A stretch of 64,000 nucleotides of DNA, taken from the NCBI RefSeq assembly GCF_009914755.1, contig NC_060932.1, one strand, 5' to 3'. Source of the stretch: the human T2T-CHM13v2.0 reference genome, Homo sapiens. The notes beneath the pieces are model-generated. The model was not told the DNA's origin. It was given only the letters and a program-made list of their open reading frames with translations, and ran no database searches. Below are positions 32,001 through 46,010 of this stretch, piece by piece. The first letter of the stretch is position 1; every line of letters begins with the position of its first letter. A program made the translations under genes and the position numbers.

Positions 32001-32427
32001 TCAAATACTTTTATACTTTTTTATATGTATACTTTTTTTTCAAGGAAAAAGCCTGCTTTTTGTTTTGTTTGCTTATTGGTTTTTACATTTCTGTTGCCTT
32101 TTTTTTTTTTTTTTTGAGCCATTAAGCTCTTGCTCAGACACATGCTTCTCATCCCGTCCTTCTATGCAATGCCATGAACATTAAACCCTTCAGCAGCCGC
32201 GTTCATTTGCCTGCAGTCAGTGACTATCAATTTGGCTTGAGATTTCTAGGTTAAGTGCAGTAATGCACTAAGGCCGGGCCCCTTTCTGGAGATACCAGCC
32301 TCCAGGAGTCTGCCCCAGGTAGTCCAGAAGTTGAGTTGGTCTGAAAGCACCTGTCTGGAAGGCGAGGGGGAGTACTTGCTAATGGTATGGAGAGGTGCTT
32401 GGAAACAAAGTGCAGGGCAAAAATTAG

Positions 32428-32817
<390 letters not shown>

Positions 32818-33559
32818 TAACTCATTTTCAAAACAAAGTGATATATGCCAGGATTGAACCCTGTAGCTGGATCCCGTCTAGTGTCCAGGGCTGCCTTTGA
32901 AAGGACAGCAGAGGTCCATCTGCCAGTGAATTCTTCCCACTGCTCAGACACTCGCCTTTGTCATTCGACCTGCTGATAGGCTGAGGGGGCTGCCTCTGAG
33001 TGGAAATACCTTAGCCATTGTTCTTGGAAAGAACAACTTAAAAGCTGAGAAATGGCTTTTAGACTGATTGGGAATAAAGTTGGACTTCCACAACTTTTTA
33101 CTTTTTTTTAGTCTACCGAATAAAAATGATCTTTTTGAGAAACCAGGGCTCTGTGAAAAAGGAAAGTCTTTTAAAGATGAAAGATCTCATGTTATTTGAA
33201 AAAGACATTTAGATGTCCTAATATTTCTCAGATTATACTATGATGTGCAAATATGAAAAGATCTTGCGCTTGGCAATTGCTAACTAGATATGTAGATATG
33301 ACTGCAAACACCAAGGGATGAGGTAGCCAGTTCATTTTATTAAATATTTTACATTTGAGTTGAAGAAATACCCATAGAAGAGAACATTAGCATCTAGACA
33401 TCCATTCTTCTATTCCAAAGTCAATGACTAAGCCCCTATGATGTACCAAATTCCAGGTGGCCTCTAGAGGGAAAATAACTGTCCGATATCGCAGGGCATT
33501 CCTCGAGTCTCGGGGAGGGACAGGGAATTTCTACGATTTCTACGGAAGAGAAGTAAGTG

Positions 33560-34370
33560 TGTTCATGGCAGTGGGAGTTGAAGGGAGGCTTCACTGAGGT
33601 CTGAACTTTCTTAGGGTATAAAAATGGTGTAACCATTTTGGTGGAAGTGGAGTTGGTTGGGCAGACAGCTGCAGGTTCATGAGCCCACAGGTGTTTTTAA
33701 TAACAGGGCTGTTGTGGGGAACAGGGAAAAGACATGGTTAGGCCAGCATCTAAGAAGATTGGTCTGGTACCTGGGTGAATTTAAGGGTAATTTCAGGATT
33801 AACAGACAGAAGGCAAAAAGACCATTAGAAGCCATTACAGTGATCTGGAAAAGTAATTATAAAGGCATGAACTGTGGTAGTGATGAAAGCAATGGAGAAA
33901 AGGAGACAGAATCGAGAAGTATTTTGATGATAAAATCAGCAGGATAGGGGATTAATCAGATCTCATGAGTGGAGAAAGTACTGGGATAAATGGAAAGAGA
34001 GGATACATATGGCCACCAGATTCATCTCTCTATTCATAAAACGATGGTTGTGCCACTGAATGAGATAAAGACACTAATAAGACCCTAAGTCACTTTTCTT
34101 TCTAACACAATGACACGGATTATTTTCTACAAATAGAGAACAAAATACTAGAGTATCTAATATTTGTAAGGCACTTTTGCATTTATAAAATGTTTCACTC
34201 ATTGTAAGTCATTTGGTATAATTACAATGCTGAAAGACAGGCAGGGCTATTATATTTTATGGACGAGAAATTATGTTTCACAGAGGACATCTACTTCTCA
34301 AAGTCACACAGCTAGTAAGTGGGAGAGCAGAAACTCAGATTCAGAACTCCCTTCCAAATCCATCCCTCCT
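33560..34370 (-). mobile_element. L2 fragments followed by MIR
   Basis: Purine-rich L2 text (gaagccattacagtgatctgg...ggagaaaaggagacag) and MIR core (aaagtcacacagctagtaagtgg). Confidence 0.55.
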
Positions 34371-34849
34371 TCCCTGTAGCAAGGCCAGTTCTTTTGGTGA
34401 GGAGCCATCTCCCTGCCAGGACAGAGACAAGCTGTTTCTGCCTTGGTGACAGCGTTTCCTGCCTTCTTGCCCGGGTTTCTGTAACTAGCACTGTGCATTG
34501 GTGACCATGGTCAGGAGTGGATGTTCTTGCTGTAGGATCATATTTTAGGGCTCCACTTGAGATACATATGTGTTATACCTTCTTTTTCCTCTTGCCACAT
34601 AAAATCCACAAATGGAAGGCCGATGAAAAGTCCCTGGAGCAAATGTACTCTTTGTAATTTTCACAAGACCTGTCAAATTCTAGATGACTGCAGGCATTTC
34701 ATTAAATGAAGTCAGTAGGGACTTACTAATGCCTCTGTTAACTTCACTCTAAACTAACCCAAATTAACCTGGATCTCAAAAATCTGGGGTTTCAATAAGA
34801 ATTTCTAATCTTGAAAGCTTATAGCCTTTCCTATATGGCACAGCTGAAA

Positions 34850-35147
34850 GATTCCTGAAAACAGAAATTTAGGAAAAGGGAAAGAAACAAGCAGAACATA
34901 AGTGTGGGTTTGGGAGAAGCATGATGGAGAATGGTGGAGCAGGAAGGTGGTGGGATTTACAGGGAAGAAAGGATAATGTCTCCAGGCCTATATATTAATT
35001 TCCCACTAAATTCAATCAGATGTCACAGATGGCATCCACATTACACAGAAATATGAGGTTAAAGCAAATTGATATGGAATGGCCCTGCTTGTGAGACCGG
35101 AGGACACCCCAACTAGTCTTAACCTAGGCAAAGGCAACATGGCACTT
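34850..35147 (+). repeat. Copy 1 of a ~300-bp local direct duplication
   Basis: About 90% identical to 36540-36847 by manual alignment. Confidence 0.95.
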
Positions 35148-36539
35148 CCCCTGAGAAGTATGATGGCAGGTAAGCCTGCCAGTGTCGCTGAAGGAACATG
35201 AAAGAGCATCTAACTCCCATCTGTGGCACAGCTAAAAGATTCAGAAAAACCGAGGCAGTGGAAATAGTGAAATGCATTCTCACATTTCATCCCCTTGGGT
35301 TTACCCTAGCATATGATTTGAGGATGAGGGACTGTAACAAATGCATCATATGTGAAAGAGAAGGAAGAGAAAGTAGAAACGAAAGACGTCTGCTTCTAAC
35401 AGTGACATTTTTAAAGCAAGCACAGTAATCTCTGAACATGTATTTGAAAGTACAGATTTCTTGTTCAAATAGGGTACCACAGAAACACAGAACCCTAAAA
35501 TGCTCACAGGTAGAAAAGCTCAGGAAGAATGTCTTTGTTTTCAAATATTTGTTAGGGACAGGAAGCCATTAAATAAGATATGTGGGTATTGTTAGTGTAT
35601 GACATATGGGTAAATAATGATGTTTGTTTTCTAGAGTGGTTACTACAAAACTTAACTTCTTAATTAAAAAAAGGAATAAAGATGGAAATGGTTTAAGCTC
35701 AGAACTGTGAAGGCACCAATTTGTAGATCACTGAAAATATTTGATCTTCCATTCTTTCTCAACACTTCATCCAAGCTATTGATGGGAAGGAACTGGAGAG
35801 GGAGTGGAAGAGGAATATGAGGAAGGTGTGTCCTTACTTAAACTTGAGGCTTACTGACCTGGAATTATACATTTTCTTTACAGCGCTGTCATTCATTTAA
35901 AGGTCTGGAGGATAGGCATGTCCCCTAACACCTTCTTCCCAGAGAGCTGGTGACATACAGTTATATTCCATTCTTCTTCCCATACCTTCCTCATTGACAT
36001 AACTTCTGGAGGTCACTACTGTAAGACCTTGAGAGTTCTGCATATGCTGAAGAATATTGGGGAGGGCTTCACAGTGTTTAAATATGTGGTTATGATGGAA
36101 GCAGAAGACATTTCTTCACAACATATGCAACTTACTCATCTGAGAAAATTCCTTAACCCGAGACAGAACTGGCTTCAGTGAAAATATTCACAGAACATGA
36201 AGGAAACTGCTTTGCATCAAGTGCAATGTGTGTCCCCAGTGTGGTCATGATGGAGTGTTCTGTGGTGTAGCAGAAAGGTACGAGATATGGCTTCCTTCTC
36301 CACTTTGAGAAACAGTGATTTGGGCTTAGCCATTTCACCTCTCCGAATCTGTTTTGACCCCCGAGAAATGGGGATACCAACAGTGCTGCCGAGAGTTACT
36401 GGAGGATCCAAATTAGAACAAGTATGTGAAACCTTTGTACAGTGTAAGTTTGATACAAATGATATTATCAATTACTTGAGGCCTCAGCATCCTCAATTTT
36501 AAAATAAGTTGAATACGATGACTTCTGAAGTCCATTCGT

Positions 36540-36847
36540 GATTCCTGAAAACAGAAATTTAGGAAAAGGGAAAGAAATGAGCAGAATGTAAGTGTGGGTT
36601 TGGGAGAAGCGTGATAGAAAATGACGGAGCAGGAGTGAAGAGGAAGGTGGTGAAATTAACAGGGAAGAGAGGATAATGTCTCCAGGTCTATATATTAATT
36701 TCCCATGAAATTCAATCAAATGTCATAGATGGCATCCACATTACACAGAATAATGGGGGTAAAGCAAATTAATATGAAATGGCCCCGCTTGTGAGACCAG
36801 AGGACACCCCAACTAGTCTTAACCTAGGCAAAAACAACATGGGACTT
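36540..36847 (+). repeat. Copy 2 of a ~300-bp local direct duplication
   Basis: Matches 34850-35147 with one extra 10-nt block. Confidence 0.95.
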
Positions 36848-37020
36848 ACTATGACACGCATGACAAACTTCTATGAGTCTGTGGTTCTGTGAGATAGAGA
36901 TTTAGCAACCATCCAATTAATGCTTCTTATTGATCAAATCAGACTATTTGTTTTTTTAATTACTCTAAAAACACCACTGTATACATTCCATACTTGCAAA
37001 TATATAAATTAAGCCCCTGG

Positions 37021-37480
37021 TTTTGTTTTTGTTGTTGTTGTTGTTGTTTATTTCTTTTAAATTCCAGGGTACACGTGCAAGATATGCAGGTTTGTTACAT
37101 AGGTAAACCTGTGCCATGGTGGTTTGCTGCACCTATCATCCATCACCGAGGCATTAAACCCAGCATGCATTGGCTATTTTCCCTAATGCTCTCCCCAACC
37201 CCCACCCTCCCCTCACAGACCTTAGTGTGTGCTGTTTCCCTCCCTGTATCCATGTGTTCTCATTGCTCAGCTCCCACTTATAAGTGAGAACATGCAGTGT
37301 TTTGTTTTCTGTTCCTGCATTAGTTTGCTGAGGATAATGGTTTCCAGCTTCATCCATGTCCCTGCAAAGGACATGAACTTGTTCTTTTTTATGGCTGCGT
37401 AGTATTCCACAATGTATATGTACCACATTTCCTTTATCCAGTCTATCACTGATGGGCATTTGGGTTGATTCCATGTCTTT
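37021..37480 (-). mobile_element. 5'-truncated L1PA 3' end with (GTT)n-patterned tail
   Basis: Reverse L1PA 3'UTR; ORF2 C-terminal peptide in the track; TSD aagcccctg. Confidence 0.95.
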
Positions 37481-38052
37481 AGAAGCCCCTGATTTTTTTA
37501 ATCATCTGTGTTCAATACCTTTACATCTTTTTTTTGAGAAATAGCCACATCATTTAGGAATCCTTATAGCCCAATTGATTCTCTAGACTGTAGCATCCTA
37601 GCATCACTCTGTGTTGGCAGTGGGCCACAAATGGATGACAGATGTGTCAAGATGTGAACTACAGGTGTACAAAGATATCTACCTGCTCAGCCTCAGGATG
37701 GCTGGGCAGTTCTGGGATGGCCAGAGCCCCTTGGACTGTGAGTGGCCTCATCTGCTTATCCCAGTGTGCTGTATATAATCAATGTTAGTATTTTCCATGA
37801 CAGGAAACACTTTGAGGATCATAGTCTAAACTAATCAAGTTTATCAAATTATATTCATTTCATGGTAGTTATGCATAAATCAAATTGGCTAAGGTGTTTC
37901 GATTTACACATTCATGTTTCTCTTTCTAAACTTTGCTAGTTTATTAATAACTTTAGAGTTTAGTAATTACTATAAAATCAGTTTCACAAGTCTAAGAATA
38001 GTGTGTTGTAATGTATTAATTTGAGTTTTTGGAATCCTAATTTGAGGTATAA

Positions 38053-38392
<340 letters not shown>

Positions 38393-39199
38393 CAACAAAT
38401 CACTTTTTAAAATTCCTTTAAAGCATAGAAACCTTGTTTCTTTAAAAAATCCTTGCTATTCAGTGAAGGCAGAATTCCTATTTTCAACTGAAAATAAAAG
38501 TCCTATTTGCATGAGTGAGAAAGGAAATGGGGAAAATGCCTGCAGATGAAGACAGATAATCAAGTTTTTCTTATGAATAGACATGTGCCAACATTCCTGT
38601 GGAGTTGTTTTTAGTATCATCTTTGTATCCAACTTACAATTTTACATTTAGGTAAGAAAATATAGAATATTTTTAGCAATATTTTCTGAAAATACTGAAA
38701 TTCTTCTTTTGGATATAAAATATGAAAATCCATCATTTGGGGGTTACCACTTAACCTCTTTCAGGAAAACTCAGGTAGAGTCCAGGTAGATTGCATGTGT
38801 GAAGATTCTAGGCTTTTCATTATTGTTGTTTTTTAAAGAAGCTAAAGAGCAATTCATGGCATAATAAAATATACTTGAATCCTAAAAAATTATAAAAAGA
38901 TAAAGGAATTCTTTTTTTTTTTTTTTTTCATTTCTATGGCTCATGAGAGATTCCTAATATTCTTTATTTGACCCAGAAACCTTAAACTGCCTAAAATATT
39001 AGTTAAGTAGAGTTTGGAGTATAATGTCTGTTAAGAGAATTTCTTGTTCCCACTTACCTCTATCAATTTCATAGCACTTACCATATGTTATTGTTTGTCC
39101 TATTTCAAATATAAACCAAACTCTTCTGGTCTGACGTTAAAGGCCGTGTTGTCCTAACATTTTAAATCTAGAATGGTTGTAGAATGAGAAAAAACAGTA

Positions 39200-40025
<826 letters not shown>

Positions 40026-42263
40026 ACATCATTTAGGACTCTACAACAGCAAAAAAATGAAAATGTAATTGTTTTCAAGAAATGGTAACAGAAATGAGAT
40101 GAGTTCACAGTATGGAGAAAATAGACTGCTGCTATCAGACAAAATAAAGTTGTGCCTTATCATTATTGTATGGAAAACTATTTTGTCCTCTACATTTATC
40201 CCCGTGGTCAGGCAAAGCTATGATTCAAGCTGAGGTGAATTTCCAGGAATGCAGCACATTCTGCTGCCCTCTCCCCGTGAGTCCTACCTAGAAAATTACA
40301 AGCTTTCCAGCTGCTGTCCACAGGAAAGATGCTAAATTCCCATAAAGCAGTCCTTTTCTATTTAAAATTTTGCGTTTCATGTCAAGCACAAATGCATTTT
40401 CAGTAGTATAATCAATCTAACTTCCTAATCTGTTTTTGTAAAAAGACTTTAAAATGTTAAAATCAACGTATCTTCAAGGCTTTCCTTAAATTATTAATCC
40501 TTGAGTGATTTACTCTGAGCTATTTTGTAGACATATTGTTACCAAAATCTTGTTCTTCACATACTCTTTTAAAACATAAGAGTCTATTAAGAGTACTCTG
40601 AGCAACATCATAATGTTGCTAAAATTATTAGGAAGCAGCATTAACACTTTAACTCACTATATTCTCATTACTCGGGAAGTCATTACCTCTTTGTATTTTT
40701 ACTGGTTGGTGGGTTTGTGCAGAAAGAATAAGTAAACCTGAAACCAATATTCTAGTTGTGTGAGTTTTGTGAAAAGTAGCAATGAAAAGGTTTGAAACCA
40801 GTGCAGACACAGCTTTCCTTTGCTTGTCTGTACATTATATTAGCTTATATATTTTTGCCATCTATATCCATGAATGATCAAGTTGACAATTATAAAACAA
40901 CAAGATAAAAATGGAAAATAATTGATTTATCATGGAAAATAGCTACCAGCCTTGGAGTCAGAAGACCTGAGTATAATTTCAGGTTATGCTTTCTCAAGCT
41001 ACTGTGGCAGGAGGAGGTGGGGTGGGGTGGGGGAGGACTAATAACACCTGCTCTAATTTCCCATGTAAGTTGTTGTGAAAAGCAAATTTGATGATTTATA
41101 CCAAAATATTTTCCTGAACTGTGATGCCTTGTGAACACAGAAGGAATCATTTTATCCATGAAAGAGCAAATATCTTCCCCTGGGATTTGAGATATAAGAA
41201 ACCACCTAAGCATAGGAAAAATCTGGTTCACAGTTCAATTATTATCAATGTAAGGTCAGGCTTTCAGAAGATAACTAAATATGTGTTAGAGGAAAATGCT
41301 AGTTAGGAAATAGTTGTGCACTAACCAAGTTGGAAACGTTTGACTTTCATCTACCTTGACTGGCGAAAATGGCTCTGTGGGGTTTGTTTTCATTTGAAAA
41401 ACATGAGCGCTGCACACCACTGTGTTGTTCAGGGTAATATCAACTCACAGAGAGTATCACACACACCCCAGGAAGCCCTGGGGCCTTTCAAAGTGTGCCG
41501 TCTGCTCTAGCTTTAGAGTGAAGGGAGTTGCCAACACATTTTGAAAGTGTATTGTACGTAGCATAGCATATGACTTTCCATTCAAAGGCAGGACTCTTTT
41601 CTCATTATCTCACTAGTGCCTGATGAAGTGCCTTATACAGGTGCTCAACAAAGGGTTGCTGAATCAAAATGTTTCTCGAAGTTAGAATAAATGGAATTGA
41701 ACAAATTGCAGGTAGTGTTAATGCTTAGTCAAATATCTGGAAAAAAATCTGTTAAATATGGAAAATGGCAAAGCAGGAGTGCTTGGAACTTAATCCAGCT
41801 CAATCTTCTCTAAGTTCATTTATCTAACACCCTCAACCAGCCAGCAAAAACAGGGAAACACAAGCAAAAGCAAGCAGAATTCTAATAAACCGATGATGCC
41901 CCCCTACACAAGCATTTGCTACCATGCCCATACACAAAGGACTTGAGAGAGACCCTCACGTCTTCATTCTTATTTTAAACATGGATCTAATGAGGTCTAA
42001 CAAGCCACCTCCTGGTGTCTCCCTCATGTATTATTATAGAAGGGAGAAGGTGGGAGAATACTCTCCCTAGCACGTTAGAAGACAAGTGTAAACATGCCAA
42101 TGATAACTAGAAATGATCACTGATAGCAAAGGAGGTAAAAACAATACTATGAGAAGCATCCATAAGGAATTTCAAACAATGTTGATCTGGTGTCATTTAT
42201 GTATTGGGCAAACTGCTTTCCACATCCCAGTATCACTTAGAAAAAGTCAAAATCATAGCCTAG

Positions 42264-42692
<429 letters not shown>

Positions 42693-42719
42693 TAATGTTT
42701 GAAAGTGCATATGTTAGAT

Positions 42720-43140
42720 TTTGCCACAATCCCCAATGATTGTCACCACCTCCCCACACACATACACACACACAAACCAGAGAAGTGAAGGGAACCAACA
42801 TCCCCACCCAGGGCTCCCAGGAGAGCGGAACTTATACCCACCCCACCCTGGGCTCGACCCTATGGCTTGCTTTAGCCAATGGCAGGTCAGCAGATGTGCC
42901 AGATGCCCTGTGTAAGCAGATGTTTTGAACAGCACTCGCAGTTTCCATCAGCAATCCTGCTCCTGCCATGGCAATGCCATGCCTCAGCCCAAGTCCTGGA
43001 GTGAGAAGAGCCACAGCTTGGAGCAGCATGGAGCCACTGCCCCCTCCATGAAACAGCAGGAGATAACCCTTTTTTTTGTTGTGAGCTTTAAAGATTTCCT
43101 TGTGCAAATTCCGTGTGCTTTAAAATATTTTATTTTTATT
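42720..43140 (+). mobile_element. Degenerate MLT1 LTR
   Basis: ggcttgctttagccaatggcaggtcagcagatgtg...ctgccatg...gagataaccctttt, an MLT1-like core. Confidence 0.55.
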
Positions 43141-44014
43141 TGCTTGTTTTAAGTTGGAACTTTTAAATAGTTCAAGTAAGGCAGCATGGAAATTCATGTA
43201 TCTAGAGACCCTCTTTTCCCCTACTGTGATAGATAATTGAGGTATTACTGTGAATAGCCTCAGTTAAAATTGCACTTGAGATGGTGAGAAAACAGCCACA
43301 AGCAGCCAAATGCAGTGTGTTAACTAGATTGTGCCTCCTGCACCCCACAAGCCAGGATGCCTGGCCTCATCTCCTTGAAGTTAGGGAGACAAGTCCTGCT
43401 GGGGGTGGGTTGGGAGGGGGATCTCAGAGGATGGAATTTTCATGGACTGGGGATATTGAAGATGATGTCACTCATTAAGGTGTGGGTTAAGGACAGCTTT
43501 CTGTTTCTGGAAAAGCAAGCACCCCAGTACTACTCGGAGCCTGAGAATGACTGACTGCGTGACTATGCACAAATTATTTCACCTTCTGCCTTGTCACCAA
43601 GGATTAATTAATCATTGCAAGTTGTCTCGCGACTCCACAATGCTAAATACAAATAGAGGAGACCCTCGAATTCATGGAGCTGTGACTCGTGGTCTTGAAT
43701 ATTCATTTTTAACCATGCCAGTGCACTCTCTCACCCAGCAACAACTCTTTGTTTTACTGAGTTCTGAGGGTTCCCCTTCTGTTTGGAAGGTGAAAGGGGG
43801 GCTGTACATGGTGTGTGGCTGCAATACTGATGGCCTGTTTTGTTCTCCTGGGGAGATACTGTAAGGCACAGTGGCAGATTCACCTGAAGCTCATTTTTGC
43901 CCCCCAAAATTTCTCCCCATTAATTTTTCCAGTTTGAAATTCTCTAGGCATACAAGATCTTTTAGAGTGTAAATGCACTTCAAGAGAAAATACAAAAACA
44001 GAACACTTATGAAG

Positions 44015-44180
44015 GAAGACTTTGGTGTGGTGTCATCCCCATTCTGCCCTTACTGTGTAATCTTGAACAGATCCCTAAACTTCCCTGAATCTCAGTTTTC
44101 TCATTTAAAAAGAAAAAAAAATGAGTGAAAATAGTTCCTACTTCATTGGTGTGTGGCTATGATAAAGTGAACTAATGACT
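44015..44180 (+). mobile_element. MIR
   Basis: ttccctgaatctcagttttctcattt. Confidence 0.6.
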
Positions 44181-45584
44181 ATGAAATGTTTAATATTGGC
44201 ACATGATCAATGGATATTAGCAAAAATTCTTGCTTCTTGATTAAGAGTTGAGTGTCATCCACGTCTTGGAAATTGTGGGAATTTGGAAACTCAGGAGAAC
44301 AAAAAGAAAAAGGTGGAATGGTGAGGGACTTTTGGCAGTCACGGGGCAGAATGGGGCTGTAGGATCTGAGGAATGAAGGAGGAGCTGGCGATAAAATGAG
44401 GGGGCGAGGGGAAAAGGGAGCAAAAAGAGAGAAGGAAAGAAGACCAGACATGAACCCTTTCGGTTGTGCCCAGATCCCGGCACTAGTCCACGTGGTGCTG
44501 GAAGTTACTCCCTGAAGTCAGGCAACTGGAAAACTAGGGCTCCAAAACTGTTTTCCCTTCTCAACTGGGTATCAGACCACGTGTCCCAATTTGGGGTTGC
44601 TGTGATAAGAATTGAGGTAGATAAAGTCATTTGGAAAGTTGCAAACATGACCTTGGCCCAATTTCAGCCCACTGCACCTGGTCCCCATGATTCATGCCCC
44701 ACTTTTCCAGCTCACTTTGTGTGGCCGCATCCCTTTCCCTACTCTTCCACAGTGTGGGATGAAGGATTCAGCTCAGCATTCCCAGAGGCACCTAATGTCA
44801 TGGTGTCTTTACTATCATGGTGGTTTGATACATTTTTTGGATCATATTGTTTAATCGATTCGAAGTTTGTTTCCTACTGCAACTATATTCACCTGCCACT
44901 GTCTCAAAGAGGAGGCTATAGGTGATGAAAGGCCCACAGGGGGCGATTGGCAGATACGGCTGAACAGAATTGGTAAACTGAGTCAGGGCTTTATGAAAAC
45001 AAAAGCCAAGTAACTCACTCTGCCTCCTTAATCTCTGGTGATAATTTACCTTAAGATGGAAATTTCAGCCTGGGAGTGTTGAACCTATCTTTAAGCTTAG
45101 CAGTTGTTTAATGAACATAACAAACTCCAGCATTGCTCTGGCCCCTGTCAGAGTCCGTTACTTCACATATGTCAAGAATTTGAGCAACCTTACTCCTTCA
45201 GACATGGAAAGAGAGTACGTAGAAAGAGATGTTAGCTGGTCATTTGAAAGCCACTCAAAAGAACACTTCTGGATACTTGTTGAAGGAGGTGAAGGCTCTC
45301 CCATGGAAAACTCCTTCAGTTGTTGATGCCTAGGATAGACTGTATGTTGGCATGTTTGCCTTCTTGGCAACTCTGGGAAGGGTGATCGTAAACAGTCCTG
45401 TCAGCTACAAAATAATTGGCGATTATTTTGTAGATAGAAAATAATCCTATCTTGTAAATGCTTAGCTGCTTCAGCCCATGCGAAGGTCTGAGGAGTCAGC
45501 CTTCACGGAAGAGACTTGCAACACCTACTTGTCTGGGCTTCACTTTTCCTTTCGTTAGTGCTAGTGGGTTGATCGCTGTACTCT

Positions 45585-46010
<426 letters not shown>

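Noticed and set aside
37585-37830. Possible old hAT/MER DNA transposon relic
   Set aside because: Too degenerate to assign termini or family by eye.
42891-42923. Three CAGATG E-boxes within ~35 bp
   Set aside because: Inside a degenerate MLT1 LTR, and the 3-nt spacing does not match the 5-nt TWIST double E-box.
44464-44925. 153-aa ORF
   Set aside because: Non-ATG start, no homology that I recognise; explained by locally higher GC.
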